Assembly: GCA_051362555.1 (NCBI GenBank)
Contig: CM120648.1
Location: 16,178,587 to 16,242,586 of the forward strand
Direction of reading: 5' to 3'
From: Lingula anatina
Lineage: Eukaryota; Animalia; Brachiopoda
DNA: 64,000 nucleotides
Numbering within the stretch: the first letter of the stretch is position 1; every line of letters starts with the position of its first letter. Position numbers and translations under genes: made by a program. Of the stretch, positions 35,232-47,171 are shown in pieces. The notes below the pieces were generated by a model, which searched no databases, was not told where the DNA came from, and was given only the letters and a program-made list of their open reading frames with translations.

Positions 35232-36211
35232 CCGGCATTACTTGAACATGTGACCCTTCTGTTTGTAAGCAAACCACTGCACTGCTCACATGTAGTGGCT
35301 CCCTCCGCCAGAGGTCTCACGACTGCACCACAACTATGCCTGGTCCTGAAAAAGAAACTGGCAGTAGTTTACACCCTGGCCTGCTAGTTGATCCCAAATT
35401 TAACCCTAGCAACACACAAGAAATACCAGGAAAAAAAATGAAAAAAGCACTATTTTTATCTGAATGAACTATATTCGTCTATAACAGATGCTAATTGGCT
35501 GATTTATCAGTTTCCGCCCAGAACCAGAAACCAAAAATAACAAAATGACAATCCACCTACATATCCGGTTTAAAGTAGTGCTCAAACTTAATCAATCTTT
35601 ATGAAATATTCACCAAAAACTCAACAGCAATCCTGAAACATATCTGGAAAATTTGGTGCCTGTTGTAACAGTACTTATTGATATATTGCAGAATAAAAAC
35701 ATAGTCCAATTTACTGTGTTACACCTGTAAATTACAACAAAAATGAGAGTAATTATGGTATATGAAGACCTGTGATTTTATGAAAAAGCTATATATCACT
35801 TCCAATTTTTTTACATGAACAACTTGTTCCTTTAGCTAATCAAAAAAAATATTTCCACACACATTTACCTACTATGACCATTTTATGGAAAGTTTTAAGC
35901 TCCCCACCCCCCTAAATACATAGATAAATGGATAAAAATGCTGATGCATTATTCCAAACATCTAAGACCTAAAACCAACATTGCATACAAAAGACAAGGT
36001 GTCACTTCCTCACATGGAAAAAAAATTCCCAGGTTTACATCTGTGTAAACACTTTCCCTTGGGAGTTGAAATCAGTAGGGGCTCTGGGCCAGGTGGCTAG
36101 GGACAGGGAGCTAACACAAACATCCTGCTGCCTGGCCTCCTGCTGCCCTGTATAAAAGAGACCCCAGCTCAGCCAAAAATCATACCAGCTCACAGAGTTA
36201 GTCTGAAGTCC

Positions 36212-38285
36212 ATGAGTGAAAAATACTGTCATCTTAGAGGAGAAAAAAAAATTAGAGTTGCCAGGAGACAGAATGCCTGGAAGAAAAAAGGCCAGAAAAT
36301 GGTATTTTAAGCCTGGCAATACCTATGGGTCTCAGTACTGGCAAGGTGTCAGTGAAAAAAAGCAGACCAGAGGAAAGAAGAAAGTCACCCCTTTACCAGA
36401 CTGAGTGCTACTCAGTATGAAGACCTTGTGACAGTGAGGAGAGATGGCACTCTCAGCCTCCATGATGTTGATGGAAATCCTGCTCCAGTGAGGTTGCTGA
36501 GACCAGTAAAACCAAAGGCCACAGTCCAGCAGCCTGAGTCTGATGGCAAGCCACCAGTCAGTGATGATGTCTACAAGCTACACCATCAGGGGAAGCTGCT
36601 GCAGTTTTTTAATGACTGCTTTCAAGAGCATGCAGAGACCAGTGCTGGTTGTGATGGCAGACTTGTCTTTGACCCAAACAAAGAGGAGAAGCGAGGACTG
36701 TGTTGGAAGGAGGAAATGAAGTGTGAGAAATGCAGATATCACTCTAAAAAGACAAAACTGTACACAGAGGTGACAAGAGAAGGACCAGGGTGCAAGGCAG
36801 CAGTACCTAATGTAGCCATACAAGTTGGACTGTCCCAGACAATGATATCAAATGTTGCATGCCGGCGAATTTTGATGTCAGCTCACATCCCTGTACCAGC
36901 AACAAGTGGGATGCAGAAACATACAAACAGTGTGCATGACAAGATAGTGGAAGCCAACAGAGGTGACATGGCCAGAAGGCGGGCTCAGCTGCATGAGAAC
37001 AACCAAGTAATGGGCCTCCCCAGAGATGCACCCATCAGAGTAGAGGGAGATGGACGTTATAATAACCCCCTGTATTCAGGTGCAGGGAAAACTCCCTTCC
37101 AGGCAGGCACACAGGCAGTGTATACAGTAGTTGAAAATCAAACTAAGAGCAAACAGGTGATTGCTGTGGCAACAAAAAATAAACTCGATCTGTACTACAG
37201 CACAAAGACTGAGAAACAAGGGGCAGCGTGTGACATGTCCAGATCACCATGGCCACTGCTCTGCTTCAGCACCTCCTAACTCCAGCATTGGCGATGAAGC
37301 TGACCTAGCCCAGGCATGTGTGTTGGAAATGCAGCAGGACAACGAGCCAACACGTGTGAAGTACTGCATTCTGGATGGTGATTCACGTGCACTGAAGGGT
37401 TTCCAACCTACCTCAGAGACATCAACAAGTGATACCCCTCCGCTTCTACTAAAAGACACCCGTCACCTCAGTCTTGGACAGAAACGTGCACTGGCCAAAG
37501 TATCCTGGAGTTCTGGGATGTTTCCTAGACATCTGAAAATAGAGAAAGAAAAACTGATAAACAGATTCAATGAGGATGTTAAGCGTCAGTGTGCTATGAC
37601 ATTGTCACTGTGTTATGATGCATGTGCTGGAGATGTGAACAAGATGATAAAAAAACTGACCTATGCCACTGATGCCATGATTGACTGTTACAATGGAAAC
37701 CATGACTTATGCAAAAGAGGCAAGTCCTTCACATGTCAGGGCACAAAAAGACACCATTGGAACAAGCCCATGCTACCAGAAGGCTACAGGCTACATATGA
37801 CTGATGAGGATAAAGATAAATTAAGACAATGTATTGGTTACAAATTGGACAGAAATGCAGTGCTCTCTCAGCAATTTAATAGTAACAGTCAAAAAGCAGA
37901 AGCAGTTAACCGCACCTATACATCAACAAACCCAAAATGTGTCACCATGACAAGGAATTTCAGTGGCAGGATACACAGTGCTGTCCACAAGGTGAACAAT
38001 GGACCAGGTCAGTCTACAGTGCAGCTACTGGAACATGTTGGAGCCAGCCTTCCACACAATTCCCGTGTTCGATGCCAGCTGAAAAGTGAAGATGCACAAG
38101 TGAAAAAGAGAAAAGACTCTTAAAAGACTATTAAAAGCAAGCAAAACAGAATAAAAACTGTTCTAAGAAACTATCAAATGTATGACTCTAGACCAGAAAA
38201 AGTTGTGTACAAAAAAGGCATGCATGACAAGCTGCCACAGAAATCCATTAGATGCCCTCCAGATCATAATTATAATAAAAAATAA
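36212..38285 (+). pseudogene. Transposase copy 9, frameshifts plus premature stop
   Basis: Fragments 36216-36404, 36428-37279 and 37161-38123. Confidence 0.92.
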
Positions 38286-38423
38286 TAATTTTATATAAAC
38301 AACGTGGTTTGTTATTTATTTATTAAATTGTGTGGGGTTAATTTTACTTAAAAGTTGGGGTTAACTTTCGCGGTCACACTTAAAAGTTGGGGTTAACTTT
38401 CACAGCAGTCACACTTAAAAGTT

Positions 38424-38636
38424 GGGGTTAAAGTTAGGGTTAGGGTTAGACTTAGGGTTAGGGTTAGGGTTAAAGTTAGGGTTAGGGTTAGAGGGTTAGG
38501 GTTAGGGTTAGGGTTAGACTTAGGGTTAGACTTAGGGTTAGGGTTAAAGTTAGGGTTAGGGTTAGACTTAGGGTTAAAGTTAGGGTTAGGGTTAGACTTA
38601 GGGTTAGGGTTAGGGTTAGTGTTAGGGTTAGGGTTT
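38424..38636 (+). repeat. Telomere-like tract, unit 9
   Basis: Hexamer array. Confidence 0.97.
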
Positions 38637-39251
38637 GAGCTAGTTTTAAAAATGGGATAAATATTCTCCTACCGGCAGCTCTCTATCTTGTTAGTAAACA
38701 AACCACTGCACTGCTGACATTTAGGAGTTCCCCGCACCAGAGGTCCCACACTGTAACACAACTATCCTTGGTCCTGGAAAAAAATATGCAGTATTTAACA
38801 TCCTAGCCTGCTAGTTGGCACCAAAATTAACTCTAACAAAACAGGAAAAATGTCAGAAACAAAGAGGAAAAAATGAAATACAATTTTTATACACTGTATT
38901 TTAGCAGAACTACATTTTGTCTGTCCTATACATGTCGTATTCTGTCATTGTAATGACCTATTTTTAGGGTTACACTTGCCACACAAGGGTAGAAACCACC
39001 AAATAATTTCCCTTTGACAACTATACAAAGAAATGCCTGCAAAACTGCATGAATAAAAACATTTCCCATCCCCATGGACGGCAGACACACTGACATAACT
39101 CCCAATGGCACAAAAATATACTGTCACCAGACATTATTTCTTACCGGCATTACTTGAACATGTGACCCTTCTGTTTGTAAGCAAACCACTGCACTGCTCA
39201 CATGTAGTAGCTCCCTCCGCCAGAGGTCTCACGACTGCACCACAACTATGC

Positions 39252-40117
39252 AGTGGACGTTTAAAATGGCTAATATAAGACTACTCACAGCTAAAACCGC
39301 CAATTTGTTAACCGCTTTGGCTCTCAACGTGCCCTATAGCGTCACAGGTGAAATCGAACGTAAACTCAGTGTAAAACAAAATGAAAATAACAGCATCTGA
39401 AATTATCTAACAAAAAATGTTTGGCTGTTACGTAAGATTGTCACCTAAATGGCTGACTTTTGGGTGCCTTGAGGCCAGTGAAAGGGAGTCTCCCCCCGGA
39501 CGAATTACCTGTAACTTGTAAGAACCCGGTAAAGTGGTTCAGTAAGCAATAGCGGCTTTAGAGGGTGTCTGGGGGGTCCTGACCCCCTTCGATTTCTGAA
39601 AAAAAAATCAAATCAATGGTCCCCACTTGAAATTATAATTTGGGCAAGCTGAATCAAAGTTTTAAACCGTACCAAGTGGCACCGTTCGCCCTGTAAAATG
39701 CCATTTTTTCCGTCCCCGGACCCCAGACTAAGAGAGGGGGGTCGAGTTTGCATTCGCGGACCCCCCCCCCCCCCCTTTCAAAAATCCCTGCATCCGCCAT
39801 TTGGATAGAACAAATTCGTATGCAAAGCCAATTAATTGATATTTTGTAGAGGCTTAGAGGCTAAGCTTGGTTCTCATATTGAGGCACGACGTTTTATTCG
39901 TGTGCTTTGTCATGCACACAAACACGCACAAACACACGCGCATCTTATTCACCATCTTGACCGAGAAGTAGATTTTTTAGTCCAATTGGTCGTGACGTCA
40001 TTCCCGTTTCTCCCCACTGGGTCTTTGTGAAGCGATAAGAGCATTAATTGATCTCTAAATGGACGTTATATACACAGGCGTTGTCTATATTTTTTTGATT
40101 ACTTTTTAACGTCCACT
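39252..40117. mobile_element. Probable non-autonomous TIR element abutting the array end, with a nested GC-rich MITE at ~39550-39800
   Basis: AGTGGACGTTTAAAA at 39252 and TTTTTAACGTCCACT ending at 40117 are inverted; no TSD visible. Confidence 0.5.
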
Positions 40118-41155
40118 TAATTTACACTTTTTTTTCAGTGTGATGTCGCTATACCTAACCAACAACCAGAAATTAAGTGCGAACATTTTCGATCGTCAAG
40201 TAAAGAAGGGGTGACTAAGAAACCAATGTTGATTGGGTAATTTTAAAATTATGAATTTGATTGATTTATTAATAATAAGATAGGAGGAGAGATTAATCCA
40301 GGAAACAGGATATGCGTATTTTTGTGCACCACATTGATGTGCCTCTTTATGCACCCAAAGCAGTAAGGGCACTATAAGAGTTTACTTAAAACTTTTTCAC
40401 ATTCTTTTTTCTGAGCAGCGTTGCAACTGCTGGATTCACCGATCACCGATAAATTAATGAATTTATTAATAATTAATTAAATAATTAACGAATTAAGGAG
40501 GTTGGTGAGGATTTTGAAATGATGTGTATAAAAATTATTTTATTGAGAAGAATGTCTCGAGTTCATTTGCTTTAAAAACAAAGGTTCTGGACATATCTGT
40601 GCCCAAACTTGAAACAGGAAGTCTCAAAGGGCAGCTGGACGGTGACCTGGCTTGCGGGTGACCAACTCTCAAGCGCCATGTTAAAGGTACCGAAACTACT
40701 CTTAGTTTCACGTAAGTTGTAAACTTCTGATGATTCTAATTAGTTTGATATTACATGTGAGTTACACGTATAAGAGAAGTTTTAAAAGCTTTTGTCTGCT
40801 CCCATCATACCACGATGTCTTTTCCATTTCACTGTCTATTTAATAAATTTTACTTATTTGTTCGTTCAGGCTCAAGATTTTTCAGAAAAAGAACCCCCCC
40901 CCCCCCCCCCCTTTTGAAATTTCTGGCAACGGGCCTGTCGTTTGTTTATTTTGTTAACTGTAGAGACAAAGGACAAGAACGCAATAATTCAAGCAATTTA
41001 AGACATTTAATGAAGCAAGGGTAACATATCAAAGCGGACCAAAAAAAAAAAAAAAAACATTCTAGCATCATTCATGCCTTCGAGTAGCATTCAGGCAACA
41101 ATTATGATAAAGATCTGCTAACAATCATGAGGTAGTTGTGCGGCAATTAATCTAC

Positions 41156-41523
41156 AGTCAAAGTATCGCCACTTGTCCAGTGCAGTCATTGCATTAACGG
41201 CATTTTCATAATCAGCAAATTTTCTTCTTCTTTGAATAAAATCTGTCATTTCCGTAGACTGAAAATTCTTAAAATATCTATTGCTATGGCTAAGGATTTC
41301 TTTGCCTTTGTGAAAATAGTCATGATAAAAGTTGAGAAAAATTAAAGTCAAAGTATCACCACTTGTGCATTGCAGTCATTGCATTAAAGGCATCTTCATA
41401 ATTTTCTTCTTCTTTAAATAAAATCTGTCATTTCCGTAGACTGAAAATTCTTAAAATATCTTTTGCTATGGCTAAGTATTTATTTGCCTTTGTGAAAATA
41501 ATCATGATAAAAGTTGAGAAAAA
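41156..41523. repeat. ~190-bp tandem duplication (2 copies)
   Basis: AGTCAAAGTATCRCCACTTGT...TCATGATAAAAGTTGAGAAAAAT occurs twice in tandem. Confidence 0.9.
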
Positions 41524-42331
41524 TCAAATACTACACACTCTATACCATGTGGCAAGCTATCAAACATTCAATACCTTTAGCAAGATCCCTTTAACCATCC
41601 ATCTATCTGTATCATAATGCACTGTTTTAGAGAATTTAAAACTGAAGGCTTACAACACATATATCACAACAGCTAAACATAAAAGAGCTGCGCGAAGCAA
41701 ACTCATCTTCAAGTCGTCAAATCATTTCAAGGCATTTGCGCTTTTTTGAAAGATGTTGTTAACACTTTAGCATTAAGTTTTTGTGTACCGTTATATTAAT
41801 TTCAAGTCTATGAGAACCAAAGGCAAATAACTACGGAAAATCTTGCCAAGAAAGTCCAAATAAAAGCGGTCGATTTGGCACTTTGTTTCAAACGGAGATT
41901 TAAATGAGGGTCCCACTGGGTATTTTTGTAACCCGTGAAAGCAACTTTTTTATTTCCCCAGATGCATTAAACTTTCATATTATTTAGAGCGGCATCTGAA
42001 TGCTGATTTTTATTTCTCGTTCGTCGTTAAACGAAGTCATTGTACTCAGCGATACGTGGTTTTCAACTTGCCGGGCTTGCATTTTCAATGAGATATGAAT
42101 AAAGTCTTATTTTCTGTGATTTGTGATTTGCTGGTTTTATTTCCCGTGGTCTTAACGCCCCCCCTCCTCTCCCATGGGACCCTCTCAGAAAGTCCGAAAG
42201 CAAAATTAATGTTCGAAAATGAGAACAATTTGAGTCTCAGTTGGCTGTGGTACTGCATCTCTATGTAAACATGTCAGTTGTATTACATTCGATGCTATAG
42301 CGCAAGTATTTCGCATGCCTTATAATTCAGT

Positions 42332-42928
42332 TTACATGAGAAAGGCAATGAAAGGGTGGTACAGCATACGCCCGGTGAACTGGATATCCAGTTGGTATCT
42401 GCCGAGAGTGGGTACGAGGTTGGTGATGTCGTAATGCAGACAGGTCGGGCCACACTGGCGGTAGATGGCGGCCATGCCGGTGTCTTCGTTGGTGACTTTC
42501 AGAACTGGGCACATTTCTGCGCTGCTGGTTGGAACGAACAAATACACACGTCTTAGGCGTCTGGTGCTTGGCTGCGGTCCGAGACGAATGACGTCAAATG
42601 TATACCGTCCGTTTCTGGCGGGATCTGAATGCAAACGGAATGAATTAATTGATTATGCACATTCGATAAATTTCAGAACTATTAGAACTGGCATAATTAA
42701 CACTTTGCAATAAAAAAGTGAAAATATATCATTAGTAAACTAGTAGACTTCCGGGCAAAAACAAAATAGTGTAATCACATTCATGATTTTCATTCAGTAT
42801 TTATTATTTAATTCAATGAAAAGAAAGAAAAAGGGGGAACGGAGGGTAAAGCCACTGTACATTTACTTTTTGCACTACTGTAAATTACTGAGATGGGGAG
42901 AGATGGGGGCAAAGAAAATACACACACA

Positions 42929-42974
<46 letters not shown>

Positions 42975-43090
42975 TGAGGAAAAAATACGAAAAGTGGGAG
43001 AGAGAGAGAGAGGGAAAGAGAGATGGGACCACAGAAAATACGTACAGACAGGTAGAGGAAGCCAAAGCAAATACGAGAGAGAGAGAGAGA

Positions 43091-43123
<33 letters not shown>

Positions 43124-43249
43124 TACCTTCGTTGGCCTCAGTGGCACAGATCAGTGTGGACCGAAAGAGCCATTGCAGTTCAGAATTCCAGCATGTCAGG
43201 AGGCCTGGGGCATTCAGACATGAGGACCGAGTGTTCACTCGTCTTGAAC
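42332..43249 (-). CDS. Last two coding exons (43249-43127, 42624-42332) of an unidentified gene
   Basis: Acceptor CCCTAG|GTT, donor GAAG|GTAC and acceptor TTCAG|ATC. The phase-1 exons join in frame: GSRRVNTRSSCLNAPGLLTCWNSELQWLFRSTLICATEANE-D-PARNGRYTFDV...HPFIAFLM*. Both exons are GC-richer than their flanks. Confidence 0.6.
42918..43123. repeat. (CA)n/(GA)n microsatellite cluster
   Basis: Read directly; lies in the inferred intron. Confidence 0.95.
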
Positions 43250-43650
43250 CTAGGGTCAAGAAAAGTATAAACGTTAATTGCAAAAAATCATTGAGGCCAT
43301 TTTCCCATCAAAACACCACTGGTCTGCGTGGATCGACCAAACTCTGCGGGGACTCTTGCTGACTGCAATCAGTTTAACTGAATGACAAGCCTCCCATGGC
43401 GTAAAGTAGAATACAGAAAAGCTGCCAATTATACGATTATGTTGGAAACAAGATGAGGCGTGTCACTCGCTTAAGCTGATTGCACTTAACGAAAACCACT
43501 TTTTTCCACTCTCTCCTTTGCTACAATATAAATGCGTGTTAATGGAGTTTCAACTTTTTTATGTACAGACACAAATGTGTCTGTACATATAGCCGTCACC
43601 TGCGTCTGTCGTCGCCGTTGCCGTTGCCGTTGCCGTTGGCGTGCACTTTT

Positions 43651-44270
43651 ACCGTAAACATGATAAGTGGAAAACCGTTTTACTTTTTGACTTGAAACTT
43701 ACAGAACTGATGAATATTCATAATACGCAGGTCAAGTTCGAAAATCGGCATGATCGGGCCATTTTTAGGGAAGTTATGCTTTTTTTCACTTTTTTCAGCA
43801 TATATGCAACACCGTAAACACGATAAGTGAAAAACCGTTTTACCTTTTGACTTGAAACTTACAGAACTGATGAATATTCATAATATGCAGGTCAAGTTCA
43901 AAAATCAGCATGATCGGGCCATTTTTAGGGAAGTTATGTTTTTTTTCACTTTTTTCAGCATTTATGCAACACCGTAAACACGATAAGTGAAAAACCGTTT
44001 TACCTTTTGGCTTGAAACTTACAGATCTGATGAATTTTCATAATACACAGGTCAAGTTCGAAAATCAGCATGATCAGGCCATTTTTATGGAAGTTATGCT
44101 GTTTTTTTTTCACTTTTTTCAGCATTTATGCAACACCTATAACACATTTTAAGGAAAATTGATTGGCCAATTGTCTTGAAATTCACAGGAGTGATCAGTG
44201 TTACTAAAATACAGATTAAGTTTTGAAAAAAAGCTTGATCAGTTAAGTTTTGGTGAAGTTATGCCTTTTT
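43651..44270 (+). repeat. ~160-bp tandem repeat (3 copies plus a degenerate 4th) inside the HINE element
   Basis: ACCGTAAACA starts at 43651, 43811 and 43971. Confidence 0.92.
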
Positions 44271-45302
44271 TTGTAATTCTCAGGCATGTTAATAGTCTCA
44301 TTTTTTAACTAATTTAGATATGTTAAGTTGTTCTTTTGACATTTTCTGCATCTTAACAATATTGTTAGTTGATTATATATAAAAGACGGAAAACCTGTTA
44401 TTGTGTACTGTATAATAAAGTGTCAAAAATGGAAATAAACTCATATCTTTACAGTTTGTCAGATTCAAACATTCACTATGTTCAGAATCTCTGAATGGAG
44501 CAAATTGGACATTTAAAATTGTTCTATTGATATTTTTCCTATGTCAACAATTTCCCTAGTTGATCATTTAAAAATGAAAGTAAATTGATTATTTTGTTTA
44601 ATGTAAAAAAAGTGTTGTAAATGGAAATAGTCCCATTTCAGTATAGCTATCTCTTGTTTACATTTTGGCATTTTGAAAGTGTGACTCTGAACTTCCATGG
44701 CCTTGAAGACCTTCCCATATCACATTTTCTGAATATCCACGATACTTTTATTTTTTTATAAAAAAAATTGATGGTCATTATGCTGTTAAGCATTATGTAA
44801 TGTTACATCAAAATTGAAGACAACCCTATTTTGGGCACTGCCTCCATAGTGACCATTTAAAGAAAAGCATGTCACTTACTCTTCTCAAACTCACAGAAAC
44901 CTTGCATAGGACTAAAATGTAGCTTCAGTTGGAAAACCTGTTTTATCAAATAACTTTTCTGGAAATTATATAGTTTTTTGTGAGAATTAAAATTTTCACA
45001 TAACAACATTTTCGAGATGTGACATTGAACTTCTATTGGTTCGAAGACCTACTGCTAATCATATTTCTTGAATATCCATGATACTGTTACTTTATTATTT
45101 AAAAATAATGGTTATTATGCTTTTAAGCATTATGTTATATTGCATGAAAGTTGAAGAAAACCCCATTTTGGATTGCGATTAAGGGTAAACCATGTTTCTT
45201 ATGATACTTAAACTTACAGAAAAGTTTTATAGGTCTGAAGTGCAGCTTGTGTCGGAAAATCAGTGTGATTGTTTTCTGTTTTGGAAGCAATGCAGTTGTT
45301 TA

Positions 45303-45514
45303 TACCCCTTTTACACTTGACGGCGTCCTTTCTGCGACCATGAAATTTGGCATCGCTGTGGTCTTAATAAGGAGGCACGAGCATTGATTTTGTATCAGAA
45401 TGAATGCTCAATGATAGACCAGTTGTCGGCACGTAAAGTATTATAAATTTTTAACTCTCAAATGGGGCCATACTGCTGGATGCAGAAAGGACGCCGTCTA
45501 GTGTAAAGGGGGCT
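45303..45514. mobile_element. PIF/Harbinger-like MITE, ~30-bp TIRs
   Basis: CCCCTTTTACACTTGACGGCGTCCTTTCTGC ... GCAGAAAGGACGCCGTCTAGTGTAAAGGGG; TTA on both flanks. Confidence 0.75.
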
Positions 45515-46767
45515 TTAGAGTACTATATGGTGCAATAAATGTATATAGATAGTGGACAGTATGAAATTGTCCCTTGGGTGATCACTAATTAAATTAAGGT
45601 CTATAAAGTAATTTGCTTAATCAATTTTCAATTGGCCATTAAATGAGATTACATAAAACACTCGTTGAGATTTCCCTGTAAAGTACCATAGGTTTAGCTC
45701 TCTTAACTGTGTCACATAATTAGGAGTCGATGATAATTATGCAGGTAAATGTTGTTTTATATTGAAAATAAGTTTACAAAAGAAAAATTTTGTGTAAGAC
45801 TTACATTAATGCTAAAGATGCCTTATTATTCGCAAACTCAATAGGGTTATTCATATTATGTTAATAGTTATACAGCTAGATTAAAAGTTTGAATAGCAGC
45901 TTTATTGGAATTTTTTTATGTTTTATTTTACATTTGTTTTTTAAATTATTTTTCAAACACTAGCATCTTCAAGATGTCACTTTTAACTCCCATCCACCAG
46001 AAGTGCTGTGCATTTTCTGTATTTCCACATTAGCATTTGTGTTGAATTTTATGTCTTTAAACATTGTGTAATATTATTTTATGCACTGTCATCATTTTTC
46101 ACATATTGGGATTTTCATTATGTGAATTTGAACTCACATATGGTCCTGAAACTGTAATCTTATTGACCAAGTTATTCTGTTGTACATTTTTGTGAAATTT
46201 TTATCTTTCACATATTGGTATTTTCAGTGCGGGACTTATAACTCCCAAGGGCATGTAACAGTTCACTTTTATTGATACTTCCTGTTGTGCAATATTTGCA
46301 ACTTGACTTTGCAGTTAAAGGGATAATAACTGTTTGTTTTGGCAAACAATTTTTTTTCTAAAAAGTATTTTTTTGTTATAATCTCTTAAGAGATTATTAC
46401 AGAGTATATCTATGGAGGTCATATGGTCTAATGACAAGTTCAGATATCAGAATAATAGCTATGACTGCCCTTTTTGTAGTTAAACAAAATATATTATATT
46501 TCTGTGAGTTGTTTACACTGTTTAAAGTCAAGTTGGATGATTCATATCATGGTAATATAGCTAGACTGATTGGCAGCTCTAGTGGAATATTTTTGTAATT
46601 TTTCCTTTTTTAATTTTTCATTTTTCAAATTTTTCATTTTTCAAGATGTGACTTATCACTACCATTGACCAGGATGCCTGTACTGTTACTTTGTAACATT
46701 TTCTGTATTTTTTTTTAACTTACAAGAATGATTCTTAGGATTGACATACAGCCCAAATTAGAAAAAC

Positions 46768-46768
<1 letters not shown>

Positions 46769-46831
<63 letters not shown>
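46769..46831. repeat. (TA)n microsatellite
   Basis: Read directly. Confidence 0.97.
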
Positions 46832-46835
<4 letters not shown>

Positions 46836-47045
46836 CGTTGATTTCTTTATGATGTCCCATCTAATGTCATACTGGGTTTTATTTTCTGTTAATTTCCATA
46901 TGTATTTGGATAACTCAGTATCTGCAGCATATTTCTTGTCTCTAAATGACTTGGTGTGATTATTGTATCTCAACTTAAATTGGCCACCACAAAGCCCTAT
47001 ATATTTCATGCATTTGTCCTTAGTAGTGACTGATGCTTGGTACAC
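46832..47045 (-). mobile_element. Penelope-like retroelement GIY-YIG endonuclease fragment
   Basis: Translates YQASV...KYIGLCGGQFKLRYNNHTKSF...TELSKYIWKL...IRWDII; bounded by (TA)n on both sides. Confidence 0.8.
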
Positions 47046-47171
47046 ATATATATATATTAATGTTATTATTATTTTTTATTGAGTTTAAGCAATTTTTTTC
47101 TTAATTCTCACTTATTCTCATTCTGGCATTTCCAAAGTATGAACTTTAACTCTTATCAGCCTGAAGCCTTA

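Larger units (their letters stand above)
1..39251 (+). repeat. Head-to-tail tandem array of ~3.93-kb units (spacer + transposase gene + telomere-like tract); 9 units plus a partial 10th, open at left window edge
   Basis: The same marker ORF recurs at 188, 4291, 8223, 12145, 16081, 20002, 24021, 30574 and 38926 (and at ~34477 with a small deletion). Periods are 3921-4019 bp except where insertions add length. Identity with the unit ends abruptly at 39251. Confidence 0.98.

Noticed and set aside
1-39251. Array as a pure assembly artefact
   Set aside because: Units carry private SNPs, different tract lengths and three distinct insertions with exact TSDs. The exact copy number still needs read support.
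42783-43270. ORFs with ERERER / SLSLSL / THTHT runs
   Set aside because: Microsatellite translations; only 43249-43127 on the minus strand has exon-like borders.
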